Origin: a virus
Lineage: Duplodnaviria > Caudoviricetes
Length of the DNA stretch: 56,213 bases
IMG/VR virus record: IMGVR_UViG_3300006108_000017
Span: 1-56,213 of that record
Reading direction: 5' to 3' (one strand)
Below are positions 16,357 through 26,002 of the stretch, piece by piece. Below the pieces are notes generated by a model, which ran no database searches, was not told where the DNA came from, and saw only the letters and a program-made list of their open reading frames with translations. The position numbers and the translations under genes were made by a program. Within the stretch, counting starts at the first letter, position 1. Each line of letters starts with the position of its first letter.

Positions 16357-17648
16357 CAAATCTCCACGATCTTGTCATCACGATCACGTTCGAAAGTCGG
16401 GAACCGAAGAGAGGCAACTTCCTTGCTCTTCGACTTCGAAACTTCCTGGTACTTGATCACCACCGTCCGGCCCAACCAAGCTTCTTGGTTGTTCCAGATT
16501 TCGTTGCGAAGTTCATCGCTGAAGCCGCTGCCGACATTGCACTCGACACGGGTACCGTCCTCGGTAAAGCCGACCACGATCAGACCACCAAGGGTGTTCT
16601 CCAGGCGGGTCTTCTTTCGACCATTGTAGAAGCCGACCACGCGGCAGTCCGCATCATAGAAGCGCTTCACCTTGCACCAGGCGAGAGTGCGATCCCACTG
16701 ATACGTGGCGTCCCAATCCTTCAGGATCAGGCCTTCGACCTTGTGGATATCGATCGCTTCGTTGCAGAAGTTCATCATGTCCTGATAGTCGGTAACTTCA
16801 CGACCTTCAGAGATGATGATCTTCTCGCACTGGTACCGATGCAGGAGCACCATCAGTGCAGACCGGTTGGTCTTCATGGTGATCTGAGTTTCCTGCGCCA
16901 GCCAATCGGACAGCGGCATCAGGAAGAAGGCGCGGAAGCGGAGGTTCTTCTTCGCTTCGTCGTTACCGGACTTCTTGGCGTTCATCGTCTCGGTAAAGTT
17001 GGAAGCGTAGCGCTCACCATCGAGAACAAAATCGTATTCGAGAGCCTTGCGAATGCGGAAGAGTTCCTCATCGAACAGGCCGTTGACGTGAACCGCTTCC
17101 TTGCCGCTCCGGCTGTAGTAGGTGACGCTGTCTTCCTTGACGATCGCGATGGTGCGCTCACCGTCGTACTTGAAGTCCGCCATGCAGGGGAAGGTGATGT
17201 TCTTCTCGAAGTCTTCCACTTCCTCGCATTTGTCTGCGAGCATAACCTCGAAGGTGGGGACCAGACCAGGGAAGATTTTGTTGACCGTCGAAGCGGAGAA
17301 GCCGCCGCGAAGGTCCTTGTCGATGATGCGCTCGAGGTAGGAAGCGGTTTCCTCGGTGAAGCAGGAAAGCATCCACGTGACTGCCTCTTGGGCCGCAGTT
17401 CCGGTCAACTCGCGAGAAGCAAGCCGATCGAGGGTCTCAAAGACGATGCTGATTTGGCCATCGCTCTCAGAGTACTTCGTCGGACGATCGAACTTGCGAA
17501 CTCCGAAAACGCGGTACGAGTTGAGCGCTTCAGAGATCAGATTTTGGGCCGGCTTATCGGCCATGGACAGAGCGTCCTTGATGGCGTTTTTCGTACCGGC
17601 ACCACCTGCATTTTCACAGGCTTTGACAACATCGACGAAGTTGGTCAC
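16356..17648 (-). CDS. lig: ATP-dependent DNA ligase (T4 gp30-like)
   Basis: KYDGER, LDGE, EGLILK, WCKVK, VGSGFS and SLRFPTF. Confidence 0.95.
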   Translation of the reverse strand: MTNFVDVVKACENAGGAGTKNAIKDALSMADKPAQNLISEALNSYRVFGVRKFDRPTKYSESDGQISIVFETLDRLASRELTGTAAQEAVTWMLSCFTEETASYLERIIDKDLRGGFSASTVNKIFPGLVPTFEVMLADKCEEVEDFEKNITFPCMADFKYDGERTIAIVKEDSVTYYSRSGKEAVHVNGLFDEELFRIRKALEYDFVLDGERYASNFTETMNAKKSGNDEAKKNLRFRAFFLMPLSDWLAQETQITMKTNRSALMVLLHRYQCEKIIISEGREVTDYQDMMNFCNEAIDIHKVEGLILKDWDATYQWDRTLAWCKVKRFYDADCRVVGFYNGRKKTRLENTLGGLIVVGFTEDGTRVECNVGSGFSDELRNEIWNNQEAWLGRTVVIKYQEVSKSKSKEVASLRFPTFERDRDDKIVEI

Positions 17649-17676
17649 GAGAACTCCTTATCAGCGACTATGATTG

Positions 17677-17705
17677 ATTATACCCTGATGGTGGGAAAAG
17701 TACAC
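17677..17705 (-). promoter_or_regulatory. Early promoter
   Basis: GTGTAC...TATAAT. Confidence 0.75.
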
Positions 17706-17712
17706 AGGGAAG

Positions 17713-17946
17713 TTAGCCTGCGCCGCCAAGAATGAACTGACCCGAATAGGTCAGTTGATCCAGCTCGCACTCCTTGATTTCCAAAATCGAGGGAGGAGAG
17801 GCTTGACCAGAGATGTACTTCTTATCAGGATACGCTTCCACCAGATTCTCCGCAATCTGCAGAGACGAGCAGATCATCATGATCTTTTCACTGCCCGCAC
17901 TCCACAGATGCGGATTGATCTTGTGTATGACGAGCCATACCTTCAT
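17713..17946 (-). CDS. Hypothetical protein
   Basis: TGATG coupling. Confidence 0.55.
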   Translation of the reverse strand: MKVWLVIHKINPHLWSAGSEKIMMICSSLQIAENLVEAYPDKKYISGQASPPSILEIKECELDQLTYSGQFILGGAG

Positions 17947-18728
17947 CAGATCAGCCCGTGCTTCTTGGCAACAGCCTCGCTAACAGGACGAACCATGTCG
18001 GCGAACTCCTGCATCCACGCGTCAGGGAGACCGCGCTCTCGACGATAGTTGCCGCTGATGATGGAGGTCAGACTGGCGGTCAGCTCATTATCGCCGCGGC
18101 TCGCCGGGCGGTCCTTGAAGGGCTCGAGAGTTCCCTCATAGCAGCGAACTCGACCAGAGCGGATGCGGAAGGTAACCGCCGGGCGGATGTGATCTTCGCT
18201 GCCTTCACCCGTCATGAGAGTAACGTAGATGTTCAGCATCGGCCACCGCTTCGCGATAGCGGACCACTCCTTGTAGACCTCCTCGACACTTGGCCACTTG
18301 CCGATGTTGTCGACGTACGAGATCACACCGTTGGGATGGCACCAGCCATGAGGACCAAAGATGTACGCGCTCGAACCCCACGTATTGTTGACGTACTCAG
18401 TGGTGAGGAAGTTCATTTCCTCAGCGAGATCATGCTGGGCTTCAAAGCCGATCAGCATCCGCTTCCACTCGGCTTTCTTCTGCTCCTCGGTCTTGTTGGG
18501 ATCGTAGGCGCGATCGTCCTCGGTGATGAGGTCATAGCCGCACATCTTCCGGAACTTGTCGCGGTAGTTGCGATCGTTGCCCATCCACGAACTTGGCCGA
18601 AGGCTGTCATCGGTCGCGAAGATGATTTCCTTCGCAAGCTCGACGGGGATCGTGTCGCCCTTCACCAGCATCTGCGGCCATTTGGGGAGACCGATGCTGA
18701 AAGCGTTTTTCGTAGTGATGGGCTTCAT
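17946..18728 (-). CDS. Hypothetical protein
   Basis: 260 aa; AAGGA RBS. Confidence 0.75.
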   Translation of the reverse strand: MKPITTKNAFSIGLPKWPQMLVKGDTIPVELAKEIIFATDDSLRPSSWMGNDRNYRDKFRKMCGYDLITEDDRAYDPNKTEEQKKAEWKRMLIGFEAQHDLAEEMNFLTTEYVNNTWGSSAYIFGPHGWCHPNGVISYVDNIGKWPSVEEVYKEWSAIAKRWPMLNIYVTLMTGEGSEDHIRPAVTFRIRSGRVRCYEGTLEPFKDRPASRGDNELTASLTSIISGNYRRERGLPDAWMQEFADMVRPVSEAVAKKHGLI

Positions 18729-18763
18729 GATTTTTCCTTGTGAGATTAGGGCTGAGCGTTCGC

Positions 18764-19297
18764 TCAGCCCATGTACTCGAGTTGATTTTCCAGCGTGGCG
18801 CGCTCTTCGTCGGTCAGCCTGGAGATTTGCTTGAGGATGCGAGTGACGCGGTCGTCGGCCTTGGCGCCGCGCTTACGCTTGGGGAACTTCTCGATCGAAG
18901 AGCAGTCGTAGGTGTGGCACACCGCCGGCTTGGTCATCAGAAGGTCCATGACGGCCTTCCATTCCTTGCCGTGGGGCATCAGCCGCTTCTTTCCAGGGGG
19001 AACCTTATTGACCTTGCGGTTGATCAGGTGAGCGACTTCGTGGGGAACCACATTCGCAATGTAGTGCTCTTCGTTCTCGACGAGGAGTATCAGATTGTAG
19101 CGGATGAGGTTGCGGCCGTGATAGGCCAGTCCGCCAGTCCAGGACTTGATGTCATACCGGACTTCAGGGAACTCGAAGGTCACGCCGTACTTTTTCTCGG
19201 CGATCGCATAGCACTCCCGCATCTTGGCTTCGACCTTGGCCTTGAGCTCAGGGGTCAGAAGAATCTGCGGCTTTTCGGGCTTGTCCATCTTGGTCAT
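18764..19297 (-). CDS. sprT: SprT-like zinc metalloprotease
   Basis: VPHEVAH and PHGKEWKAVM. Confidence 0.88.
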   Translation of the reverse strand: MTKMDKPEKPQILLTPELKAKVEAKMRECYAIAEKKYGVTFEFPEVRYDIKSWTGGLAYHGRNLIRYNLILLVENEEHYIANVVPHEVAHLINRKVNKVPPGKKRLMPHGKEWKAVMDLLMTKPAVCHTYDCSSIEKFPKRKRGAKADDRVTRILKQISRLTDEERATLENQLEYMG

Positions 19298-19339
19298 CGT
19301 AGGGTCCTCTTAAGGAAGGATCAATCAGCTTACTTTGTT

Positions 19340-19368
19340 ATTCTATCACGGAACCCCAGGATGTAAAC
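19340..19368 (-). promoter_or_regulatory. Early promoter
   Basis: GTTTACA...TAGAAT. Confidence 0.75.
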
Positions 19369-19401
19369 AGCGAAAGTGCGTTGTCCGCACTTTTTTCAGG
19401 C

Positions 19402-19722
19402 TCACTGATCCTCGAACTCTTCCTCGACGTACTTTTTGGGGAAGAGGCCCATGGGAACGGGGAAGGTCGCCCCGTCCTTTTTGCGAATAATGTAGATGGT
19501 TCCACCGGCCAGGCCGAACGTGCAGTAGATCACGTTCATGAAGGTCCAGTGATCCTCGGCATTCATGCCGGCTCCACGAGACATCTTCCATGCCCGACAG
19601 GCAGTGAAGAAGTTTTGGACGAACGTCAGCAGGAATACCGCTGCGACCGCAACAATGAAGGCGCCCACGATTCCTACGGTGCAGGCGCCAACAAGTTCCA
19701 AAAAGATTTGCAAAGGGTTCAT
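19402..19722 (-). CDS. Small membrane protein
   Basis: Two hydrophobic segments. Confidence 0.65.
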   Translation of the reverse strand: MNPLQIFLELVGACTVGIVGAFIVAVAAVFLLTFVQNFFTACRAWKMSRGAGMNAEDHWTFMNVIYCTFGLAGGTIYIIRKKDGATFPVPMGLFPKKYVEEEFEDQ

Positions 19723-19902
19723 TTAATCGTCCCACGCTGCGGCATAATAGCCGTCTTTGAAAGCCTGCCACAGAAGAATCTCTGAGTCAGAAGTGCTGTA
19801 GGGGTTCGCATCGAGACCAGGGCCACCGCCACCAATCCCGCCGTAGCTGTCATAGCCGGCGTAAAAGGCGTCCTTGAGTTGCTCTTCAGTGACGTTATCC
19901 AC
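19723..19902 (-). CDS. Small protein, possible Rmf/CrpP-like fold
   Basis: AFYAGY...NPY...WQAFKDGY pattern. Confidence 0.5.
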   Translation of the reverse strand: MDNVTEEQLKDAFYAGYDSYGGIGGGGPGLDANPYSTSDSEILLWQAFKDGYYAAAWDD

Positions 19903-20233
19903 CGACAACCAACTGTGGCTTCTTGACGAGGCGGTAACCCATCTTTTCGGCGGCGTCCTTGAGAAGCTTGACGCTCAGTTCCTCGTAGGTTTGGGTTTTA
20001 ACCCAACGAGAGTGGGCGAGGGGGATCATGCTGTAGCTGTCGAAGATCGCCAGGGTCTCTTCATCGGCGTGGCAGTTCTGGACCACTCGGCCGAAGTTCA
20101 TTTCGGTTCGAGTGTTCTGTCCATTGCCCATCGCGTAGGATGCGGCTCGAGCGATCTTCTGCCCCAGCTCCGGGTCCTTGGACCATTCGTGCTGGAAATC
20201 GTTGTAGAGAACAACTACCGTACGATAGCCCAT
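19895..20233 (-). CDS. Hypothetical protein
   Basis: AGGAG RBS. Confidence 0.7.
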   Translation of the reverse strand: MGYRTVVVLYNDFQHEWSKDPELGQKIARAASYAMGNGQNTRTEMNFGRVVQNCHADEETLAIFDSYSMIPLAHSRWVKTQTYEELSVKLLKDAAEKMGYRLVKKPQLVVGG

Positions 20234-20255
20234 GGGACTCTCCTACTGAAGGGTT

Positions 20256-20579
20256 TTAGGAAACCACCGTGGCGCACGTGGTAGCCACGGTCCACTTAAC
20301 CGCGGGGGAGAGCTTCTCACCCTTGCGGTTGCAGGCGTAGCCGGTCAGAGCCGTACCAGCGCGGTTGTAACCGTCCACGATGATCCAGTTGTAGCCGGCA
20401 TTGCGACCGCGGCCCGGCTTGAAGAACTCGACCACTTGTCCCGGCATAAACTTGCGACCTTCGACGACCCGCTCGGCGCGATGTTCGGCGCGGATGTTCT
20501 CGACGAGGGCGCGGTTGAGAGCAACCTTTTCGTCCATGGACAGCTTGGAAACTTCAGCAAGGATTTGCGAGAGGGTCAT
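20256..20579 (-). CDS. Hypothetical early protein
   Basis: GGAGA RBS; promoter GTGTAC...TATATT at 20620..20648. Confidence 0.7.
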   Translation of the reverse strand: MTLSQILAEVSKLSMDEKVALNRALVENIRAEHRAERVVEGRKFMPGQVVEFFKPGRGRNAGYNWIIVDGYNRAGTALTGYACNRKGEKLSPAVKWTVATTCATVVS

Positions 20580-20741
20580 CAGGTTTCTCCGAAGAGGTTG
20601 TTTCAACAGCGTATGATGTAATATACCCTATCTGCCCAGGTTGTACACTAAAAAGAGGCGGAGATCGAAAAAAGTTTGTCCTGTGGTCAGGACTGGCGCA
20701 GGTCTAAATACTGCCATAGCAATGCGGGAGACCCACTTATC

Positions 20742-21182
20742 GTGGCGAAGAAAAGAATACCAGAGCTCAAGATTGAGGTAGTGAATGACAGGGCGAACCT
20801 GCTGTTCATGTCTCTTCTGGAGTACAAAAGAGAAACCTATCTTTGCATCATTGACAACATTACACCTACTGAGATTGGCGCCTACGTACTAGACTATGCC
20901 GAACAGGAAAATATCCCTGTCACTAAGTTTCTCAGCATTGTAACTGCATGGTTCTATGGTAGATCGGAAAAGCATCCACTAAGCGTCGAGCTTGCGCGAC
21001 ATGGACTCACCGAGAAAATCGCGCCCATCTACAGAACCTTTGACGCGACGTACGTCGCTCGAATCGTAGGTCAGGCATTCACCTATAACGGCATGGCAAA
21101 GTCCAAGGTCCGCAGACGTCGAGTGGTTCCTATTCAAGAGGGAATCGCGATCAAGTTCAAGAAGCCGCCCACCGCTTCCTAA
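20742..21182 (+). CDS. Hypothetical late protein
   Basis: GTG start after GGGAG; TCTAAATA at 20703..20710; terminator follows. Confidence 0.7.
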   Translation: MAKKRIPELKIEVVNDRANLLFMSLLEYKRETYLCIIDNITPTEIGAYVLDYAEQENIPVTKFLSIVTAWFYGRSEKHPLSVELARHGLTEKIAPIYRTFDATYVARIVGQAFTYNGMAKSKVRRRRVVPIQEGIAIKFKKPPTAS

Positions 21183-21204
21183 GTTCGTAAAACTCCCGCA
21201 CCCC

Positions 21205-21242
21205 AAAAAGCCCGCGATCTTTCAACCGCGGGCTTTTCTTTA
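21205..21242. terminator. Bidirectional terminator
   Basis: AAAAGCCCGCG...CGCGGGCTTTT. Confidence 0.8.
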
Positions 21243-21249
21243 ACCCGGA

Positions 21250-22311
21250 TTAGACAGCGTAGAGCTTGTGAAGAACCTTCAGCTTCCACTGCTCGAACTG
21301 CTTCTCCAGTTCAGGCGTCCGTTCTTGCAAGATAGATGCGTTTACCGCTTCATCCACCTTCTCGAATGCGACGTTTAGGTGTTCTGTCGCCTCATCGAGC
21401 GACATTTTCCCGCTCTTTATGGTAGCAAGCATTTTCGCATTCGGACGAGGGAACACGAGATTCCCAGTCGCCGTCAGCTCGAGGACCTGCTCTGTGATCC
21501 TGATAGCGTGGCTCAACGCTTTCCAGTCCACTCCTTGGCCCTCGAAGTCCTTCACGCGCTCACCATACCCGCGCATCACCTTCTCAAGGCTGTCACGAAC
21601 GGTAGGCAGCTTCGAAGAGTACGTGAACTGCTTGCCCGCCATTTCAAGGGAAGGAGCCATTTCGGTTCCACCCTTGGCGTTCAGAACTTCAGACTCTCGC
21701 ACGTGGGGAAGAGCGAGCAGCTTGGCGAGGAGCTCAGTGCTTTCGCCCAGCGTGATCTTCGCGTATTCCCTTTCATCGGGATAACCGAGCTGGTGCGCTT
21801 CAAGGAGCTTGATTGCCGCTCCTATCGTCGCGAACCGCTCTGTCTTCAGACCGTAAACCTTGGCCTGGGACACAGCATACCCAACCATCTTCTTCACGTT
21901 GCGAGTGAGGAAGTTGTCGATCAGCGCATTGACCATCTCGACGCAATAGTCGAAGGACGACTGCTCGTTAGGATCGAACGGGTTCTCGTCAAGGAAGCTC
22001 GTCGACGTGTGAAGACGCTGCTTCACGGCAAACGCGGTCTCGAGAGCGTACGTTTGTCCATTGAAGAAGTCGTCGAGGAAAACCTGAAGGGGAAGATATT
22101 CGGTCTCTTCCTCACCGGCGACCATCCTATCTCCAGCCTTCAGGCCCTCGGGCTTCACCTTCCGGTTGGTGACCTTCTTGTTGAGAAGAAGGTCATCCAG
22201 AGCCGGGAGACAAACGACCTTGTAGTCGTAGTCAGAGTTCTCGTTGGCGGTGCCGTAAAGGCGCGAGCCAGAAAGAACTCTGAACAGAGCCGTTTCCTTA
22301 TCAACCTTCAT
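21250..22311 (-). CDS. Pol-beta superfamily nucleotidyltransferase (T4 NrdC.11 / RlaP-like)
   Basis: LSGSRLYGT...SDYDYK and WKALSHAIR. Confidence 0.85.
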   Translation of the reverse strand: MKVDKETALFRVLSGSRLYGTANENSDYDYKVVCLPALDDLLLNKKVTNRKVKPEGLKAGDRMVAGEEETEYLPLQVFLDDFFNGQTYALETAFAVKQRLHTSTSFLDENPFDPNEQSSFDYCVEMVNALIDNFLTRNVKKMVGYAVSQAKVYGLKTERFATIGAAIKLLEAHQLGYPDEREYAKITLGESTELLAKLLALPHVRESEVLNAKGGTEMAPSLEMAGKQFTYSSKLPTVRDSLEKVMRGYGERVKDFEGQGVDWKALSHAIRITEQVLELTATGNLVFPRPNAKMLATIKSGKMSLDEATEHLNVAFEKVDEAVNASILQERTPELEKQFEQWKLKVLHKLYAV

Positions 22312-23419
22312 CTTCACTCTCCATAACCATTTCGACTTGGCGCATCCGCTCGGCGTTCATAGCCTCACCTATCGCCTTGCCTTTCAGATGTTGGAACTCA
22401 GAAGAACCAACAGCTCGGGTCCGACCGACCGCGGCCAGCAGCGTCCTTCCCTTTATGGGGAAGAAGGCTCCAGCATCTTCAGCAACCATCAGGGCCATGA
22501 CCAGGTCCATTATCTGGTTGTTGTTCTGGTCGAACGCTCGATTGTGCGCCATCAGCACGAACAGCTTTTCGGCTGAACGATCGTGCATGTGGCGAACGTG
22601 CTCAACGTTTTCCGACAGCTTTTTCACTCGCGTGGGTATGGCGGTCGATTGTTGAGGAGCGTTCCTCGCGGCCAGTGCCGTGAACACCGTAGAACGATCA
22701 GCTTCAGTCAGCAGCCGCGAAACCGAAGCGGTGTAAGCGGCAAAGTCCGTTTGGAACTTTCCCTTGCTAACGTCACCGAACAGATCGCGGAAGAACCGAA
22801 CCCGTTGCAGAGCTCCAAAGCGGAACAGTGCTTCGAAGAAGCGGAAAGGATTTCCACCTTGAGTGAAGACCTTTTCCATTTCCGCCCAGAAGCGCTCATC
22901 GCTCAGGGAGTCCATCTCGCCAGATTGGACTATGTTCTTCGCCATGACCTCCGTGTTAGGAGCTATGGTGAAGTCCGTCCAACGAGCAAAGAAGCGAGCC
23001 AGGCGAACCACCCGCAGAGGGTCTTCAGCAAACGCTTCAGACACATGCCGCAGAACCTTCGCCTCCATGTCGGCCTTGCCATTGTAGGGATCGGCTATCT
23101 CGCCGGTCTCTATGTCCATGGCTATGGCGTTCACGGTCAGATCGCGACGGAACAGATCGTCCGCCAGAGAAACACTGGGGTCGAACTCTACCTCGAAGCC
23201 GTGGTAGCCAGCACCAACCTTCTTTTCCTTGCGGGCCAGAGCGTATTGGTCGCCGTTCTTGTCCAGGAAAACCGGGAAGCTGTGACCAACCGTTTCAGCG
23301 GTGAAGCCCAGAGCGGTCATATCCGCAGGGGTGGCACCAACCACAACGTAGTCATGGTCGTGGCTTTCCAGACCCATCAGTTGGTCTCGAACCGCTCCTC
23401 CAACCAGATACATTTTCAT
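22301..23419 (-). CDS. cca: tRNA nucleotidyltransferase (CCA-adding, class II)
   Basis: YLVGGAVRD, DHDYVV, RRDLTVNAIA and EDPLRVVR. Confidence 0.93.
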   Translation of the reverse strand: MKMYLVGGAVRDQLMGLESHDHDYVVVGATPADMTALGFTAETVGHSFPVFLDKNGDQYALARKEKKVGAGYHGFEVEFDPSVSLADDLFRRDLTVNAIAMDIETGEIADPYNGKADMEAKVLRHVSEAFAEDPLRVVRLARFFARWTDFTIAPNTEVMAKNIVQSGEMDSLSDERFWAEMEKVFTQGGNPFRFFEALFRFGALQRVRFFRDLFGDVSKGKFQTDFAAYTASVSRLLTEADRSTVFTALAARNAPQQSTAIPTRVKKLSENVEHVRHMHDRSAEKLFVLMAHNRAFDQNNNQIMDLVMALMVAEDAGAFFPIKGRTLLAAVGRTRAVGSSEFQHLKGKAIGEAMNAERMRQVEMVMESEDEG

Positions 23420-23450
23420 GGTGTGCCTCGCGTGTTTACGTACTCAACCT

Positions 23451-23480
23451 AATGTAACACACGTCAGGTTGATTGTACAC
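23451..23480 (-). promoter_or_regulatory. Early promoter
   Basis: GTGTACA...TACATT. Confidence 0.65.
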
Positions 23481-23488
23481 AGGAAAAG

Positions 23489-23620
23489 TTAGAAGTCGTA
23501 TTGAGGCAGCACAATAAAGTGGTAGCCGATGTTGGCCTCTTCGAGCCGCTGCATCTCCTGATGAGACACGATCATGACGAACCAATCGCCAAGCCAGCAT
23601 TCGTAGTACGCGTTTTTCAT
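23489..23620 (-). CDS. Small hypothetical protein (43 aa)
   Basis: Manual translation MKNAYYECWLGDW...; ATGA overlap. Confidence 0.5.
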   Translation of the reverse strand: MKNAYYECWLGDWFVMIVSHQEMQRLEEANIGYHFIVLPQYDF

Positions 23621-23871
23621 TTCATTGCCTTTGCGAGGGCTACTATTTCCCTGGATGAAACTTCCACCGCTCCAGCGTCAATCACTTGAGGGCGAAGTTC
23701 TTCGGCAACATCGTAGTGCTGCCATCGAGCAGACTTATGGAAGAAGTGGGGCTTGATCCCCACGCGAGCCGCAAAATCATGCAGCTCTTCAAACGAATCC
23801 GCAACCAGGTGGCAGTATTTCTTTCTGCCACCTGGTTTGGAAAATCGTGGATGGTCTACGTAGACGCTCAC
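23617..23871 (-). CDS. DUF4031-like protein
   Basis: VYVD, CHLVADS..ELHDFA, HYDV and GAVEV. Confidence 0.8.
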   Translation of the reverse strand: MSVYVDHPRFSKPGGRKKYCHLVADSFEELHDFAARVGIKPHFFHKSARWQHYDVAEELRPQVIDAGAVEVSSREIVALAKAMK

Positions 23872-24104
23872 GCGTCTGCAAGAACCGAAAAGCGGAAGAT
23901 GCTATTTCGGATGATGGTGTCTGCCATCGTGATCTCGTCATTGTTGTGATCGTAGATCACGAGGTACGAGGTCTGATGCAGCTGGCGCTGCACCTGATCA
24001 CGGCCAGCGATTGCATCGGCTTCAGAGACCGGGACCTTGTTGATCCGGCCAGAGAAGGCGCCGACAGGGGAAAGAACATCAGCCCAGAGGTTGAACTTGG
24101 CCAT
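23868..24104 (-). CDS. Hypothetical protein
   Basis: 78 aa in operon. Confidence 0.6.
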   Translation of the reverse strand: MAKFNLWADVLSPVGAFSGRINKVPVSEADAIAGRDQVQRQLHQTSYLVIYDHNNDEITMADTIIRNSIFRFSVLADA

Positions 24105-24107
24105 GTG

Positions 24108-24638
24108 TTAGGCGTCCCAGTGAATGCCGCTGGCGATGACCGCCGCGGTGATTTGCAGCGATACGAACTGGACGCTCGGATTTTGAATCGCGAGACGTTC
24201 CATTTCGGCCTTGACGGACTTTACCGTCAGGTGGATTTTCGGCTTGGAGCCGAAGGCGAGGTTGCCGTTGTTGACGCGGGCGATGACCCAACCGCGAGCC
24301 TTGATGCCCTCGGCGGTTGTTGCTGCGTGAGAGCGATCAGCCACGGTCGAAGCTGCTGCCAGAGCGGTTCGAACAGCCGGCGCCATAGGGCTGGTTTCGG
24401 TCTTGAACGCAGGGTCACGAGCCGCTCGTGCCATCAGGTCTCGACGATTCCACGAAACGCCACCGAGAGTGTAGTAGCGATTGCCATTGGCCGAAGAGCC
24501 GTAGAGGCGCGTCAGGGTCTTGCCACCGCGGGTCGAATAGACCTCGTACTGAGCGTCCATGAAATACCCCGGGATTGAGCCGGTAATGCGCTCAAGCGGG
24601 AAAAGGTTCTTGCCTTCAATCAGCATTGGGTTCTCCAT
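24108..24638 (-). CDS. Hypothetical early protein
   Basis: 176 aa; promoter GTTTACA...TACGAT at 24669..24698. Confidence 0.7.
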   Translation of the reverse strand: MENPMLIEGKNLFPLERITGSIPGYFMDAQYEVYSTRGGKTLTRLYGSSANGNRYYTLGGVSWNRRDLMARAARDPAFKTETSPMAPAVRTALAAASTVADRSHAATTAEGIKARGWVIARVNNGNLAFGSKPKIHLTVKSVKAEMERLAIQNPSVQFVSLQITAAVIASGIHWDA

Positions 24639-24701
24639 CAGTTCATGTTTTAGTTCGTCTGAAGGTTTATCGTATCACGCTTTTAACCGGATGTAAACAG
24701 C

Positions 24702-25118
24702 TCAGTTCAAAAGCGGCTCGATCTGTTTCAGCTTCTTGTCGAAGAGGCGATGAACCTTCTCGTTAAAGTCGGCCCTGATTTCCGGAGGGACGTTCAGGTA
24801 GAGGTTGATGACGTCGAAGTTTTCCTGATGGTAGGAAATGTACCCGTGCTCTTCAATAGCCGGGTGCTTTCTCACGATCCACTTCATGGCGGAATACGCA
24901 GCTCGACAGGCCGCATCCCGTATCAGAAAGATTTGATAGTCGGTGAACTTTGCCCGCTTGAGCCGCTTGATACAGTACGGACCGGCTTTGAACTCGTTTT
25001 CACGGCGCCCAAAGACAAGTCTATCGAACCAAAGTGCCGGCCAATCCAGCGGAGAGACACAGACTTGGTCGCGAACTAGAGCTGCGGCATACTCACCGCG
25101 GGTTGCGAAGCGTGGCAT
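24702..25118 (-). CDS. Hypothetical early protein
   Basis: AGGAG RBS; promoter GTTTAC...TATTAT at 25138..25167. Confidence 0.7.
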   Translation of the reverse strand: MPRFATRGEYAAALVRDQVCVSPLDWPALWFDRLVFGRRENEFKAGPYCIKRLKRAKFTDYQIFLIRDAACRAAYSAMKWIVRKHPAIEEHGYISYHQENFDVINLYLNVPPEIRADFNEKVHRLFDKKLKQIEPLLN

Positions 25119-25143
25119 TTTAATCTCCTATTGGAGAATAATA

Positions 25144-25452
25144 TCACGCTTCGTTAGGATCGTAAACAGTTCCGTTGAGAATGCGCAGAACGTTTTTCTT
25201 CTTCTTAGGAACGCGCTCTGCGATTTCTTCAGGGTTCACAACACCTGTTTCCTGCAGCATTTCCACCATCGCCTGGACATCTCCTAGCTCGTGCATGAGG
25301 AGTGTCTGGTTATCAGGGTCGGAAGGCACGTATGGGTTGCGTGAGTTGATGCCGAAGCGGCGGATTTTAGAGATGATCTGGATGACCTCCGCGCACTCCT
25401 CCTGCAGAATGCCGAGATATTCCAGCTCTCGTTCAGTGAGTGCGCGGGTCAT
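25144..25452 (-). CDS. mazG: MazG-like NTP pyrophosphohydrolase
   Basis: LQEECAEVIQ...HELGDV acidic motif; AAGGA RBS. Confidence 0.8.
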   Translation of the reverse strand: MTRALTERELEYLGILQEECAEVIQIISKIRRFGINSRNPYVPSDPDNQTLLMHELGDVQAMVEMLQETGVVNPEEIAERVPKKKKNVLRILNGTVYDPNEA

Positions 25453-25456
25453 TTCC

Positions 25457-26002
25457 TTAGGCCGTAACGATGGTGGCTTCAGTGCCAACCGACGGGCTGA
25501 ACGTTCCAGCGGCACGAATGGCCAGCTTGACGGTGTCGATCGCGTCGTCAAGCGACTTTGGCTCGTGGTGCTTCAGCGTCGTAAACACGCTGGCACGAGC
25601 GTACTCTTCACCAGAACCAACCGCGTTGTAGCCGAGGACGGAGCGAAGAACGCTGTAGTCCGGCTGAAGTTCCCAAAGCTGACCGCGAACACCGATAAGT
25701 GCGTTGCCGCCCTCGCTGTCCTTGCCGTAACCGCTTTCCTTCAGTGCGCTCTTGATGTCGGGGACGACGACCGTAATCAGCCAGCGATAGATGTCGTCAG
25801 TGTCCTCTGGAACAACCGGGTCAGCAAGCATGTGCTCAAGAACCTGGCCGAATCGATAGCTCGAGGTGTAGCCGAAGACCACGCCCTTCTTGTTGAACAC
25901 CTTTGGCTGAGTGTGAACGATCTTGTTGTTCCAGCCGGTGCCCTGAACATCACCACCGATGATGACCTTGTTCTTGTATTCCAATCCGACGATACACGTC
26001 AT
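25457..26002 (-). CDS. hslV: HslV / proteasome beta-like Ntn peptidase
   Basis: N-terminal nucleophile M-T-CIVG, GGD, PKVF and AVGSG. Confidence 0.82.
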   Translation of the reverse strand: MTCIVGLEYKNKVIIGGDVQGTGWNNKIVHTQPKVFNKKGVVFGYTSSYRFGQVLEHMLADPVVPEDTDDIYRWLITVVVPDIKSALKESGYGKDSEGGNALIGVRGQLWELQPDYSVLRSVLGYNAVGSGEEYARASVFTTLKHHEPKSLDDAIDTVKLAIRAAGTFSPSVGTEATIVTA

